From a virus: a stretch of 26,593 nucleotides of DNA. Position 1 is the stretch's first letter; each line of letters begins with the position of its first letter. A program made the translations under genes and the position numbers. Below, in pieces: positions 14,859 through 24,513 of the stretch. The stretch lies in UHGV virus genome UHGV-1483403, one strand, 5' to 3'. A model generated the notes under the pieces. That model had not been told where the DNA came from. It ran no database searches and was given only the letters and a program-made list of their open reading frames with translations.

Positions 14859-15018
14859 GAAACCGGAATTTATTCTGGGTAACCAGTTACGGCAGTACAG
14901 CGAAACAACCCAAGCCAGTAAGTGGGGAAATAACACTGGCAGCCACTGAAAGATGAACCTCCTGCCTTATGGCAAAAAAGATTCTTTGTGGTGGCGGACT
15001 GATGGAAAGACATCGGTT

Positions 15019-15053
15019 ATTGCAGAGACCATTCAATGAGTGGTCTCGACAAT
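15019..15053 (-). other. conserved stem-loop element, copy 2 (7-bp stem GAGACCA/TGGTCTC, 9-nt loop TTCAATGAG, 4-bp flanking helix)
   Basis: See copy 1; three stem positions and one flank position differ between copies while keeping Watson-Crick pairing. Confidence 0.5.
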
Positions 15054-15183
15054 GGCTTATACCCTACACGGGATAACTTAACTGATATCCCCACAAGCGG
15101 ATAAAGAGATTCTCAATGTCAGGAATCTACTTTTAGTCCTAGTAATGATGAACTAGATATCAGCTGAGTCGCTTGGGTGGTGA

Positions 15184-15420
15184 TTACGATTCTGCTTCAA
15201 ACTCAGAAATTAGTTGATGAACACGTTCAGTATATGATGGGTTAGAACCTAGAAACTCTTCCACTGTCTGAATGGTTTCATCACCCTCCCATTCAAAATG
15301 GCTCACAGGTGACGAATGACCAGCCCTGACTTGGTAGGAGCCATTGTCCAATTTGTCCAGGAATATATAAGTTTCATTATCATGACCTGTATTTCGGTAA
15401 AAAATTTGCTTTGAGTTCAT
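15184..15420 (-). CDS. small acidic hypothetical protein (78 aa)
   Basis: Track ORF; AGGA Shine-Dalgarno 8 nt upstream of the ATG; only 24 bp separate its start from the divergent terminase small-subunit start, so its promoter would lie inside the terminase coding region. Confidence 0.45.
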   Translation of the reverse strand: MNSKQIFYRNTGHDNETYIFLDKLDNGSYQVRAGHSSPVSHFEWEGDETIQTVEEFLGSNPSYTERVHQLISEFEAES

Positions 15421-15444
15421 TAAAGAAATCCTCTAGAGAAAACT

Positions 15445-15996
15445 ATGGCACTCACCGACAAACAAGAGATGTTCTGTCGCGAGTACCTCATCGATTTAAA
15501 CGCCACACAAGCGGCTATTCGGGCGGGGTACAGCGCAAAGACAGCTAACCGTACCGCATCCGAAAACATGTCAAAACCTGACATCCAATTCAGAATCGCC
15601 GAACTGAAAGCGCAACGCAATGATCTTGTTGGTATTAATGCAGAATATGTGCTTAATCGCCTTATTGAAATCGACCAGATGGATGTGCTCGACATTCTCC
15701 TGCAAAACGGTGAGTTAAAGCCCATTAAAGACTGGCCTAAGGTATGGCGCACAACGTTATCAGGAATGGATGTTGTGGAGATGGTATCCGCAGATAGTGC
15801 TGCTCTCCTGAAGAAAATCAAATGGCCTGATAAGGTTAAAAACCTTGAGTTGCTCGGGCGTCATGTTTCTGTTCAGGCGTTTAAAGACAACGTCAAAAAT
15901 GAAGTGACTGGTGCTGACGGAGGACCAGTCAGAACAGAAATTACCAACTTAACGCCGGAGCAGGCTGCAGAGGCGTATAGAAAAATGATGGGCTAA
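15445..15996 (+). CDS. terminase small subunit (Terminase_2-like)
   Basis: Track ORF; N-terminal HTH-like segment ([24 protein letters not shown]) typical of small terminases; immediately upstream of the large subunit. Confidence 0.8.
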   Translation: MALTDKQEMFCREYLIDLNATQAAIRAGYSAKTANRTASENMSKPDIQFRIAELKAQRNDLVGINAEYVLNRLIEIDQMDVLDILLQNGELKPIKDWPKVWRTTLSGMDVVEMVSADSAALLKKIKWPDKVKNLELLGRHVSVQAFKDNVKNEVTGADGGPVRTEITNLTPEQAAEAYRKMMG

Positions 15997-15998
15997 GT

Positions 15999-17621
15999 AT
16001 GCCGTTACCATTCCCCTTCGATTTTAAACATCCTGATTACCAGATGGTTTTTGAATGGCGGATGGAACGCTTACAGCGCATTCGCCAGAACCCTGAAATA
16101 TTGCCAGCACTAAAACAGTTTTACCGAACCAACCCGGCTCAGTTCATCATCGACTGGGGCATGACAACGGACCCGCGTAATATTGATTATGGCCTGCCGG
16201 TGACCATTCCGTTTTTACTCTTCCCTAAGCAGGAGGAGTGGATCCACTGGATTATGGAACGCTGGGGTAATCGGGAGAATGGTATTACCGAAAAATCCCG
16301 TGAAATGGGGCTCAGTTGGACCGCGATCGGACTGGCCTGCTCGCTTTGTCTCTTCAACAAAGAAATGGTTATCGGTTTCGGCTCCCGTAAAGAGGAATAC
16401 GTCGACAGCACCGGTGACCCGAAAGCATTGTTCTGGAAGGCGCGCAAGTTCGTGGAAACACTACCTGTAGAGTTTCGCGGTTCGTGGAGCGAGAAGAAGC
16501 ACGCGCCATATATGCGTGTTGAGTTTCCTGAAACTGGTGCCGTTATCAAAGGCGAGGCTGGCGATAATATTGGTCGTGGTGACCGTACCACGCTTTATCT
16601 GGTTGATGAGGCTGCATTCCTTCAGCGTCCTCTGCTGATTGATGCGGCGTTGTCACAAACGACGCGTTGCCGTATCGACCTGAGTTCGGTTAACGGCATG
16701 GCGAACCCGTTCGCGCAGAAGCGTCACGGCGGGAAGATACCGGTATTCACATTCCACTGGCGGGATGATCCTCGCAAGGATGAAGAGTGGTATCGCAGGG
16801 AATGCGAGAAAATCGATAATCCGGTGGTGGTGGCACAGGAACTTGATCTGAACTACAGCGCATCAGCGGAAGGCGTCCTGATTCCATCCGAATGGGTACA
16901 GGCTGCCGTTGATGCGCATATCAAACTGGGTATCCAGCCAACAGGCAAACGACTTGGCGCGATGGATGTCGCTGATGAAGGCAGGGACAAAAATGCCTTT
17001 TCCACCCGTCATGGCTTCCTCCTGGAAAATGTGCGGGAATGGTCTGGTGTGGGTAGCGACATTTATCAGTCCGTCGAGAAGGTCTTCGGTTTTTGCGAAC
17101 AGGACAACCTCGAAGAGTTTCGCTTTGACGAGGACGGGCTGGGCGCTGGCGTTCGCGGCGATGCACGCGCTATCAACGAACTGCGTAACGCTGCGCGCCG
17201 ACCGTCAATACTCGCCACACCGTTTCGAGGTAGTGGCGCGGTATTTGATCCGGACGACGAAGCGGTGCGCGGTGACAACGGACAGGCCGCCCGCCTGAAC
17301 AAGGACTTCTTCGCTAACGCCAAAGCCCAGAGCTGGTGGCGGTTACGTAAACTTTTTCAGAATACCTGGCGCGCCGTGGTTGAAGGTATGGATTACAACC
17401 CGGACGAAATCATCTCAATCAGCAGTAGCATGGCACTCAAAGATAAACTCATCATCGAGCTTTCGCAGCCGACCTATTCCATTAATGGTGTGGGGAAAAT
17501 CGTTATTGATAAACAGCCTGATGGAACCCGGTCGCCAAACCTTGCCGACTCGGTGATGATCAGCTACGCGCCAATGAATTCAGCCCTGAATATCTGGGAG
17601 CTGCTAGGGAGACAGGCCTGA
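15999..17621 (+). CDS. terminase large subunit (ATPase plus nuclease)
   Basis: Track ORF; 540 aa; Walker B-like [10 protein letters not shown]; deviant Walker A region around EKSREMGLS; position between the small subunit and portal. Confidence 0.8.
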   Translation: MPLPFPFDFKHPDYQMVFEWRMERLQRIRQNPEILPALKQFYRTNPAQFIIDWGMTTDPRNIDYGLPVTIPFLLFPKQEEWIHWIMERWGNRENGITEKSREMGLSWTAIGLACSLCLFNKEMVIGFGSRKEEYVDSTGDPKALFWKARKFVETLPVEFRGSWSEKKHAPYMRVEFPETGAVIKGEAGDNIGRGDRTTLYLVDEAAFLQRPLLIDAALSQTTRCRIDLSSVNGMANPFAQKRHGGKIPVFTFHWRDDPRKDEEWYRRECEKIDNPVVVAQELDLNYSASAEGVLIPSEWVQAAVDAHIKLGIQPTGKRLGAMDVADEGRDKNAFSTRHGFLLENVREWSGVGSDIYQSVEKVFGFCEQDNLEEFRFDEDGLGAGVRGDARAINELRNAARRPSILATPFRGSGAVFDPDDEAVRGDNGQAARLNKDFFANAKAQSWWRLRKLFQNTWRAVVEGMDYNPDEIISISSSMALKDKLIIELSQPTYSINGVGKIVIDKQPDGTRSPNLADSVMISYAPMNSALNIWELLGRQA

Positions 17622-19090
17622 TGGCACGAAACAAACAAGCCACGCGGCGAACGGCACAGGCCACCGCTGATGGATATGAGAACTTTGTCGCCCGCGTGGG
17701 GATGCAGACGCCTAACCAGCACTCAGCATCGACCTACCGGGCTAACTTCACCAGCCGCAACCGCATGCTGGTGGAATGGTCCTATCGTTCGTCCTGGATC
17801 ATCGGCGAAGCGGTCGACGCTATCCCGGATGATATGACCCGCAAAGGCATTCGCATCACTTCGGAAATTGATGCAAAAGATCGCGGCATTCTCGAATCAC
17901 AACTTGATGAGTTGCAGATCTGGGATGCGCTGAACGACGTGCTGAAATGGTCTCGCCTCTACGGCGGCGCGGTCGGCTTCATCATGATCGAGGGGCAGGC
18001 ACCAATGACCCCGCTGCGGCTCGAAACCATTGGAGAAGGCAAGTTTAAGGGCATTCTCCCGCTCGACCGCTGGATGATTAACCCGGCCCTGACCCGCCGC
18101 ATTAAAGAGATGGGGCCAGATCTCGGCAAACCTGAGTTTTACGACGTGGTGACCACTGCAACGGGCATCCCGGCCTGGCGCATCCATCACAGCCGCCTGA
18201 TTCGCTTCGATGGCGTCACGCTGCCATTCCAGCAGAAGATGACCGAGAACGAATGGGGAATGTCGGTTGTAGAGCGAATCTGGGATCGGCTTACTGCGTT
18301 CGACAGCGCCACTGTCGGCGCGGCTCAGCTGGTCTACAAAGCGCATCTGCGCACCTACAGCGTGGAGAAGCTGCGCGAGATTATCGCGCTTGGTGGCCCA
18401 GCTTTCGAAGCGTTGCTGAAGAACATCGACCTGATCCGCCAGTTCCAGAGCAATGAAGGCATGACGCTCATGGACTCGCGGGATAAGTTTGAAACGCATC
18501 AGTACAGCTTCAGTGGTCTGGATGACATCCTATCGCAGTTTGCAGAACAGATTAGTGGCGCTGTTGGTATTCCACTGGTGCGGTTGTTCGGACAGTCCCC
18601 GAAAGGATTTTCTACCGGTGATGCAGATCTTGCCAACTATTACGACCGGGTGAGCTCATTGCAGGAGCGCCGCTTACGGATGCCGATGCGCCGGATACTG
18701 GACATTATGCACCGCTCGGAACTCGGTAAGCCGCTGCCGGACGATTTCACGTTTGAGTTTAACCCGCTCTGGCAAATGTCTGATGTCGATCGCTCAACGG
18801 TGGCGTTAAACACTACCAACGCAATCAGTACGGCGCTGGGTGATGGTCTGATGACACTGAAAGCCGCTATGACCGATTTGCGCGAAAATTCTGACGTAAC
18901 CGGCATCGGGGCATCCATTACCGACGAGGACATAGAGAATGCCGAAGACGAAGCGCCGCCAGGCATCGGCGAACTTGGCGACAAACCGCCAGAGTCGCCA
19001 GGCGGAGATCCGATATCGAACGAGCCTACGGCAGATAGCGCGGGCGGTCGGGGATATCGTAAATGGGCGCTACGATGGTTCAAACGATAG
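17621..19090 (+). CDS. portal protein (DUF1073-type)
   Basis: Track ORF; 489 aa; directly follows the terminase large subunit; acidic, disordered C-terminal tail. Confidence 0.75.
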   Translation: MARNKQATRRTAQATADGYENFVARVGMQTPNQHSASTYRANFTSRNRMLVEWSYRSSWIIGEAVDAIPDDMTRKGIRITSEIDAKDRGILESQLDELQIWDALNDVLKWSRLYGGAVGFIMIEGQAPMTPLRLETIGEGKFKGILPLDRWMINPALTRRIKEMGPDLGKPEFYDVVTTATGIPAWRIHHSRLIRFDGVTLPFQQKMTENEWGMSVVERIWDRLTAFDSATVGAAQLVYKAHLRTYSVEKLREIIALGGPAFEALLKNIDLIRQFQSNEGMTLMDSRDKFETHQYSFSGLDDILSQFAEQISGAVGIPLVRLFGQSPKGFSTGDADLANYYDRVSSLQERRLRMPMRRILDIMHRSELGKPLPDDFTFEFNPLWQMSDVDRSTVALNTTNAISTALGDGLMTLKAAMTDLRENSDVTGIGASITDEDIENAEDEAPPGIGELGDKPPESPGGDPISNEPTADSAGGRGYRKWALRWFKR

Positions 19091-19712
19091 CGTAACCGAA
19101 ATAATGGATGCGCTGGAGCGCTACAGCGAAATCATCACCCCCTGGGCGACGAAGGTAGCTGAGAACTTTACCGCAGACATAGCGCGCCAGAATGAAAAGC
19201 AGTGGCGTCAACACAGCCGGAACATCAGTGCAGAGCTGCGCAACATGGTTGACTGCGCCCCGGTAGGCCAGGTGATGAAATCCATCGTTGCCGAGCAGAT
19301 TAAGTACATCAAATCGCTACCTCTTGAGGCCGCCGATCGGGTGTATGACATTCAGAACAAAGCCATCGAGGCAGTTGTGACTGGCGGGCGGGCTGAGTCA
19401 TTCGCGAAAGAGATAGCGGCGTCAGGTGACGTGTCACGCTTGCGAGCGAACCTTATCGCCCGTACCGAACTTGGACGCGCAACCGGCGCGCTCGATCAGG
19501 CGCGTGCGCTGTCAATTGGTTCGAATGGTTATATCTGGCGTACAGCCGAAGATGGCGATGTCCGGCACTCTCATCGTGAGATGGAGGGCAAGTTTGTCGA
19601 ATGGGGCCGACCTCCAACGCTTGACGGTATGACCGGTCACGCTGGTGAGCTGCCGAACTGCCGCTGTTACAAAGAAATCGTCTTCCCCAACCCTCATTCT
19701 TATCTCGCCTGA
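18939..19712 (+). CDS. head morphogenesis protein (SPP1 gp7 / Mu F-like)
   Basis: Track ORF; GAGGA Shine-Dalgarno 8 nt upstream of the ATG at 18939; overlaps the portal 3' end by 152 nt in another frame. Confidence 0.7.
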   Translation: MPKTKRRQASANLATNRQSRQAEIRYRTSLRQIARAVGDIVNGRYDGSNDSVTEIMDALERYSEIITPWATKVAENFTADIARQNEKQWRQHSRNISAELRNMVDCAPVGQVMKSIVAEQIKYIKSLPLEAADRVYDIQNKAIEAVVTGGRAESFAKEIAASGDVSRLRANLIARTELGRATGALDQARALSIGSNGYIWRTAEDGDVRHSHREMEGKFVEWGRPPTLDGMTGHAGELPNCRCYKEIVFPNPHSYLA

Positions 19713-19726
19713 ATCGCAGGTAAACC

Positions 19727-20947
19727 ATGAAATATTTTTTCAATACCCGGCTGGGGGAAACCCGCTATCAGCTGGCTGACGGCTCGCTGCTGTGCAAAGA
19801 CGTGCCGATAGGTCGAACGGGTAAGCAGCTCTACGGCGCTGCCGATCTGCCAAACCTCAAACCCGACAAGCTCGGTGAGATAGTCGTAACGCGTTCTCCT
19901 GAGCAGGTATTCAATCCGGCCACGCTCGCCTCATTCGAAGGGATGAGCATCACGATCCTGCATCCTGAAGATGAAAACGGGAATGTGCGGCTGGTAAATC
20001 CCGAGAACTGGAAAGAGCTTGCTGTCGGGCATCTTCAGAATGTGCGGCGCGGGACTGGTGACCAGTCTGATTTGATGCTGGCTGACCTTATCGTCAAAGA
20101 CGAAAACGCCATTCAGCTTATCGAAGATGGCCTGCGTGAAGTGTCGTGCGGCTATGACGCGGAGTACGAGCAGACCGAGCCAGGTAAAGCCGAGCAGGTC
20201 GATATTACCGGAAACCATGTGGCTCTTGTCCCCAAAGGCAGAGCCGGAAATCGTTGTGCAATTGGAGACAGAGACACAATGGCAAATCAAAAGAAAAACT
20301 GGTGGAACCGCATGCGTGCAGCCATCAAGACAGGAGATGCCGACACCATGAACGAACTGGTGGAGTCGGCTCCCGCATCGGTTACAGGAGATGAGGGGGA
20401 TTTGCCGCAGGGCGTTAATCTCAACATCAACCTGTCCCCGCAGCAACCACTACCGGACAAAGCACCAGAGATGGGTGGAGGTCCAACCGGCGACAGTGAT
20501 GATGACCTCAAAACATTACTGAAAGCCCTGCTGGCTAAGCTGGAAGGAAATGCCACGGGCGATAATGATAATAAGCCTGACGATAATCCGACCGGTGACG
20601 GCGAGGATGATGAAGAGGAAACCACGATTACTGGTGACTCAGCCTGGCGTGCCGAAGTTATCGTTCCGGGTATCGATCTGAGCCGTAAGATGAAACCGAC
20701 CGCGTTCAAACGCGAGGTTCTGGCTTCCGCTGACAAAACGCTGGTTCGCCAGATAGTCGGTGATGCGGATATCCGCAAATTACCGAAACAATCGGTCAAC
20801 ATGGCGTTTAATGCCGTGTCTGAGATTGCCAAAGGGCGAAACACCCGCGCCACCACCGGCGATGCACAGCGCCCAAACATGGGCATGACCAGTATCGCTT
20901 CCCTGAACAAACAAAACGCTGAATTCTGGGCAAACCGTAAAGGGTAA
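19727..20947 (+). CDS. putative scaffold / prohead core protein (DUF2213-like) with an acidic low-complexity linker
   Basis: Track ORF; 406 aa; central Asp/Glu/Gly-rich low-complexity region; position between the morphogenesis and capsid genes. Confidence 0.55.
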   Translation: MKYFFNTRLGETRYQLADGSLLCKDVPIGRTGKQLYGAADLPNLKPDKLGEIVVTRSPEQVFNPATLASFEGMSITILHPEDENGNVRLVNPENWKELAVGHLQNVRRGTGDQSDLMLADLIVKDENAIQLIEDGLREVSCGYDAEYEQTEPGKAEQVDITGNHVALVPKGRAGNRCAIGDRDTMANQKKNWWNRMRAAIKTGDADTMNELVESAPASVTGDEGDLPQGVNLNINLSPQQPLPDKAPEMGGGPTGDSDDDLKTLLKALLAKLEGNATGDNDNKPDDNPTGDGEDDEEETTITGDSAWRAEVIVPGIDLSRKMKPTAFKREVLASADKTLVRQIVGDADIRKLPKQSVNMAFNAVSEIAKGRNTRATTGDAQRPNMGMTSIASLNKQNAEFWANRKG

Positions 20948-20950
20948 AAA

Positions 20951-21457
20951 ATGAATAATGTATTTCTGTACCGGATGCCTGTTGGCATTGCCGGGGCTGT
21001 CTCTCGCCCGCAGGACTTAACCGTCGAACCGGTGGTCCTTAAATCCGATAACGCCTTTGCTGCCTATGGGCTGGCTGGTAAATACGATGCTGACGGTTTT
21101 TTCGTACCGCTGGCAGATGGTGATACCGCAGACAAGGTGAAGGGGATCTACGTGCGTCCTTATCCGACCACTTCGCAGCCGGACATGGTTCGCCAGGCGG
21201 GGAGTGGCAAGAACTTCCCGGGCGACGCCATGAAGCGTGGCTACGTGACCGTTAATCTCGGTTCTGATTTTGATGCCAGCACCATCAAAAAAGGCGACCC
21301 GGTATACGTTGTCGTCTCCACTGATGAATCCATCAAAGTGCCGCTGGGTGGATTCATGTCCACGTCAGTCAGTGGCAAAAACGTGGTGCTGACCAACGCT
21401 GAATTCACAGGTGCCGGTGATGCTAACGGCAATGCAGAAATTTCCTGGAAGATTTAA
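20951..21457 (+). CDS. head structural / decoration-like protein
   Basis: Track ORF; 168 aa; immediately upstream of the major capsid gene. Confidence 0.5.
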   Translation: MNNVFLYRMPVGIAGAVSRPQDLTVEPVVLKSDNAFAAYGLAGKYDADGFFVPLADGDTADKVKGIYVRPYPTTSQPDMVRQAGSGKNFPGDAMKRGYVTVNLGSDFDASTIKKGDPVYVVVSTDESIKVPLGGFMSTSVSGKNVVLTNAEFTGAGDANGNAEISWKI

Positions 21458-21468
21458 GGAACAGACGA

Positions 21469-22410
21469 ATGATTACTTTTGATCAGGCAACCGTTGACAG
21501 CTCTGGTGCCTTTCTCATCGGGGAGCTGGAGCGACTCGACCAGACGCTGAACCTGCCACTGGTGGGGTACACCTGGACCCGCGATATTCAGTTGCGTGAA
21601 GATGTCTCTATCGCAGATGACATTTCCAGCTGGACGAATACCAGCTTCGCCGCTGCGGGTACTGGTGCAAATCCGAATGGCAAAAACTGGGTAGGCAAAG
21701 ACTCAACCGCTATTGCTGGCGTAAACGTGGATATCGGCAAATCCGGTAACCCGCTGAATCTCTGGGGCATGGAACTGGGCTGGACCGTTGTAGAGCTGGC
21801 AGCAGCTCAGCAGGTAGGTCGCCCGATTGACACCCAGAAGTACGACGGGATGCAGCTCAAATGGCAGATGGACAACGACGAGCAGGTGTATGTTGGCGAT
21901 TCCGCATTAAACCTGAAAGGTCTTGTTACCCTGAACGGTGTTCCTGTCAACAACGCTGCCAAAACGTGGGCAACCTCAACACCGGACGAAATCCGCGCAA
22001 GCATTAACCAGGTGCTGTCTGATGCGTGGGCCGCTTCTGGTTACTCTGTGGTTCCGCGTGATTTGCTGATCCCGCCTGAGCAGTTTGCTCTGTTGTCCAG
22101 CATCATCGTTTCATCTGCGGGTAACCAGTCCCTGTTGACGTATCTTCAGACCAACACCATCAGCTATCACCAGAACGGTGTTCCGCTGAATATCCGCGCG
22201 GTTAAATGGCTGAAAGGCCGTGGTGTGGGGAATAAGGATCGCATGGTTGCGTACACCAACGACAAGAAATACGTGCGCTATCCGCTGGTGCCGTTGCAGA
22301 GCGTTCCTATCCAGTATCGTGGTCTGTATCAGATTGCGACCTACTACGGCAAGCTGGGTGCAGTCGAGCCAGTGTACAAAGAAACCATTTCGTACGTTGA
22401 TGGCATTTAA
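21469..22410 (+). CDS. major capsid protein (DUF2184-type)
   Basis: Track ORF; 313 aa; position and size in the head module. Confidence 0.7.
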   Translation: MITFDQATVDSSGAFLIGELERLDQTLNLPLVGYTWTRDIQLREDVSIADDISSWTNTSFAAAGTGANPNGKNWVGKDSTAIAGVNVDIGKSGNPLNLWGMELGWTVVELAAAQQVGRPIDTQKYDGMQLKWQMDNDEQVYVGDSALNLKGLVTLNGVPVNNAAKTWATSTPDEIRASINQVLSDAWAASGYSVVPRDLLIPPEQFALLSSIIVSSAGNQSLLTYLQTNTISYHQNGVPLNIRAVKWLKGRGVGNKDRMVAYTNDKKYVRYPLVPLQSVPIQYRGLYQIATYYGKLGAVEPVYKETISYVDGI

Positions 22411-22450
22411 CAGCCACATGGCCCCTGGCGGGGCCATTAAGGATGACCTG

Positions 22451-22672
22451 ATGGCAAAAAATAATGCAGTAATACACGTACATACCCCGTTTGTGCTCAC
22501 GCTTCCCGACGGTTCACGGCGCGAGTTTCTTAAAGGCCGTCATGCTGTGGAGGAAGACGTTGCCACGCACTGGTTCACTCGTGCGCACGCGGAGGTATCC
22601 GTTGGCAAAGCCACAGACGCGCGTAACGAGGTAAAAAATGCCAAAGAATCAAAGTCTGCCAGCGGTAAGTGA
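22451..22672 (+). CDS. small head-module hypothetical protein (73 aa)
   Basis: In-frame ATG at 22451 with AAGGA Shine-Dalgarno, within track ORF 22220..22672 whose 5' part overlaps the capsid gene. Confidence 0.45.
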   Translation: MAKNNAVIHVHTPFVLTLPDGSRREFLKGRHAVEEDVATHWFTRAHAEVSVGKATDARNEVKNAKESKSASGK

Positions 22673-23045
22673 TTTTCGCCGCGACTTCCCGCAGTTTGCT
22701 GACCCTGCCAAATATCCCGAAGCGCAAATCCAGTTTCGTCTGAATCTGGCCGATGAACTGCTGAGCGAAAACGTCACCGGAAAAAAGTTGTTTCCGTACT
22801 TTGCCGAGTTGTTCGTGGCTCACTACATGACGCTATGGGCGGCAGATAGTCGGGCAATGCTGGTTGGCGGCCCGGGCGGTTCAACCAATGGTGTTCAATC
22901 CTCCAAGTCTGTTGACAAGGTAAGCGTCAGCTATGACACCAGCGCGACGCTAAACCCTGACGCAGGCTTCTGGAATAACACCCGATATGGCGCTGAATTT
23001 TATCAGCTGATCACGATGTTCGGTGCGGGCGGTCGCCAGCTATGA
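22638..23045 (+). CDS. head-tail connector / head completion protein (DUF4054-like)
   Basis: Track ORF; GAGGT Shine-Dalgarno; position after the capsid gene. Confidence 0.5.
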   Translation: MPKNQSLPAVSDFRRDFPQFADPAKYPEAQIQFRLNLADELLSENVTGKKLFPYFAELFVAHYMTLWAADSRAMLVGGPGGSTNGVQSSKSVDKVSVSYDTSATLNPDAGFWNNTRYGAEFYQLITMFGAGGRQL

Positions 23046-23596
23046 GCTTCAAAAGCGGTGTAACAACGAGGGTGGATAACGCTCAGGCCATTCTGGATGC
23101 GCTCAAATCCATCAGTAAAAAAGAAGTGCTGGTGGGTATCCCGGAAGCAGACAGCGAGCGGGATGATGTTCCGTTTGGTAATGCCGGGATCGGTTACGTC
23201 AACGAATACGGCTCACCAGCGCAAAACATACCCCCACGCCCGCACCTGATCCCCGGCGTTAAATCCGTAGAGGAACAGACGGTGCCGCAGCTCAAAGCAG
23301 CGGCGCAGGCTGCGCTTGATGGAAATGCGGCGGGTGCGGAAAGAGCCCTCAACCAGGCTGGCACGCTGGCCGCTAATGGTGTCAGGCGGTACATGACCAT
23401 TACCGGCTTTACGCCGCTTGCTGACAGCACCGTTGAAGCCCGCGCGCGTCGAGGGCGTAAAGGGGCGAAAGCGGAGCTTGCCCGACGCGCTGCTGGCGAG
23501 TCCCCCGGAACCGATCTGGTGAAACCGCTAATCGACACCGGGCAATATCGCAGAGCCATTACCCATGTTGTGAGGGATAAAGATGCCTACTCTTGA
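23042..23596 (+). CDS. neck / head-tail adaptor protein (putative)
   Basis: Track ORF; chained by overlapping stop/start with both neighbours. Confidence 0.45.
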   Translation: MSFKSGVTTRVDNAQAILDALKSISKKEVLVGIPEADSERDDVPFGNAGIGYVNEYGSPAQNIPPRPHLIPGVKSVEEQTVPQLKAAAQAALDGNAAGAERALNQAGTLAANGVRRYMTITGFTPLADSTVEARARRGRKGAKAELARRAAGESPGTDLVKPLIDTGQYRRAITHVVRDKDAYS

Positions 23597-23972
23597 TGTA
23601 ACAGACGTGCTTTTTGACCCCGATTTTTGCGACTTCAATTTGTGGGTAACACGCCGAGTGCAAACGGTGGATGAGGACGGGATCGGCAGCGACAGTGAAG
23701 TTAAAAAGCAGTTTGCCGGAGTCGTAACTGTTGATCGCTCTCTGGAAAACCGCCGTATGCAGGCAGGGCAGGTAATCAGCGGTGCAATTCTGATTGTGAC
23801 GACTGAGCGACTGACGCAGGGACAGACTGGCCGTGATGCCGATATCGTGACGTATCAGGGCCGTGATTATCGTGTGACCTTCGTCGACCCGTATACAGCT
23901 TATGGGGCCGGATTCGTTCAGGCGCATTGTGAGTTGATGCCGTTTGATGGGGGAACTCCGGTTGAGCAATAA
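23583..23972 (+). CDS. head-tail joining / tail completion protein (putative)
   Basis: Track ORF; overlapping chain in the connector module. Confidence 0.45.
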   Translation: MPTLDVTDVLFDPDFCDFNLWVTRRVQTVDEDGIGSDSEVKKQFAGVVTVDRSLENRRMQAGQVISGAILIVTTERLTQGQTGRDADIVTYQGRDYRVTFVDPYTAYGAGFVQAHCELMPFDGGTPVEQ

Positions 23973-24510
23973 CACCAGTACAGAGCGCGGATGGTTAATA
24001 CCAACCAGTGGCGATCCGGATTATGACGAAGCGCTCGACAGGCTGTTAAGCCAGTGGATGCGTAACGTTTCCGGTCTGTCTGCCGGGATGGTTCGCCCGC
24101 GCTGGCAGAAAGAGCAGCCGCCACTGCTACCGGCTGAAACGAACTGGTGTGCGTTTGGGGTTATCGGATGGTCAGGTGATGACAGTCCGGCATTCACCAG
24201 ACAGACTGATGATGGCTCTCAGCTCTGGCGGCATGAAACGATTGAGTGTATGGCTTCGTTTTATGGACCGGCGGGGATGGTGTATGCGTCCCGGTTTCGT
24301 GACGGTATATCTGTGCCGCAGAACAATGCAGCACTGAATGCGCTGGGGCTGTCTCTTGGCGATTACACAGGTCTGACTCCCTTCCCTGAACTTATCAACC
24401 AGCAATGGGTTCGCCGCTACGATATGACGGTGCGTCTGCGCCGGAAGGTTGTGCGCGAGTACGGTATTAAATCGCTGGTGGAAGCACCAGTCATCTTTTT
24501 CGGAGATTAA
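23947..24510 (+). CDS. tail-associated hypothetical protein
   Basis: Track ORF 23944..24510 (TTG); first ATG at 23947; immediately upstream of the sheath gene. Confidence 0.45.
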   Translation: MGELRLSNNTSTERGWLIPTSGDPDYDEALDRLLSQWMRNVSGLSAGMVRPRWQKEQPPLLPAETNWCAFGVIGWSGDDSPAFTRQTDDGSQLWRHETIECMASFYGPAGMVYASRFRDGISVPQNNAALNALGLSLGDYTGLTPFPELINQQWVRRYDMTVRLRRKVVREYGIKSLVEAPVIFFGD

Positions 24511-24513
24511 GCT

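Noticed and set aside
14985-15010. GGTGGCGGACTGATGG, a possible cosN-like G/C-rich motif in the moron gap
   Set aside because: Only loose resemblance to lambda cosN (GGGCGGCGACCT); the terminase here is not of the lambda Nu1/A type and headful packaging is more likely. No packaging site could be assigned.
14857-15037. Plus-strand mini-ORFs (30 and 28 codons) between the two stem-loops
   Set aside because: They lie on the late-transcript strand with weak start context; the start and stop codons coinciding with the stem-loops are more simply explained by the conserved hairpin sequences themselves.
15420-15821. 133-aa minus-strand ORF antisense to the terminase small subunit
   Set aside because: Overlaps the conserved small-terminase gene; shares its start region with the 78-aa ORF in another frame; likely spurious.
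17897-18499. 200-aa minus-strand ORF inside the portal gene
   Set aside because: Antisense to a well-supported portal gene in a tightly packed plus-strand operon; no independent start signals.
20287-20988. 233-aa minus-strand ORF antisense to the scaffold-like gene
   Set aside because: Ser/Pro-rich low-complexity translation that mirrors the Asp/Glu/Gly-rich sense strand; fully overlapped by a sense gene in a co-oriented structural operon.
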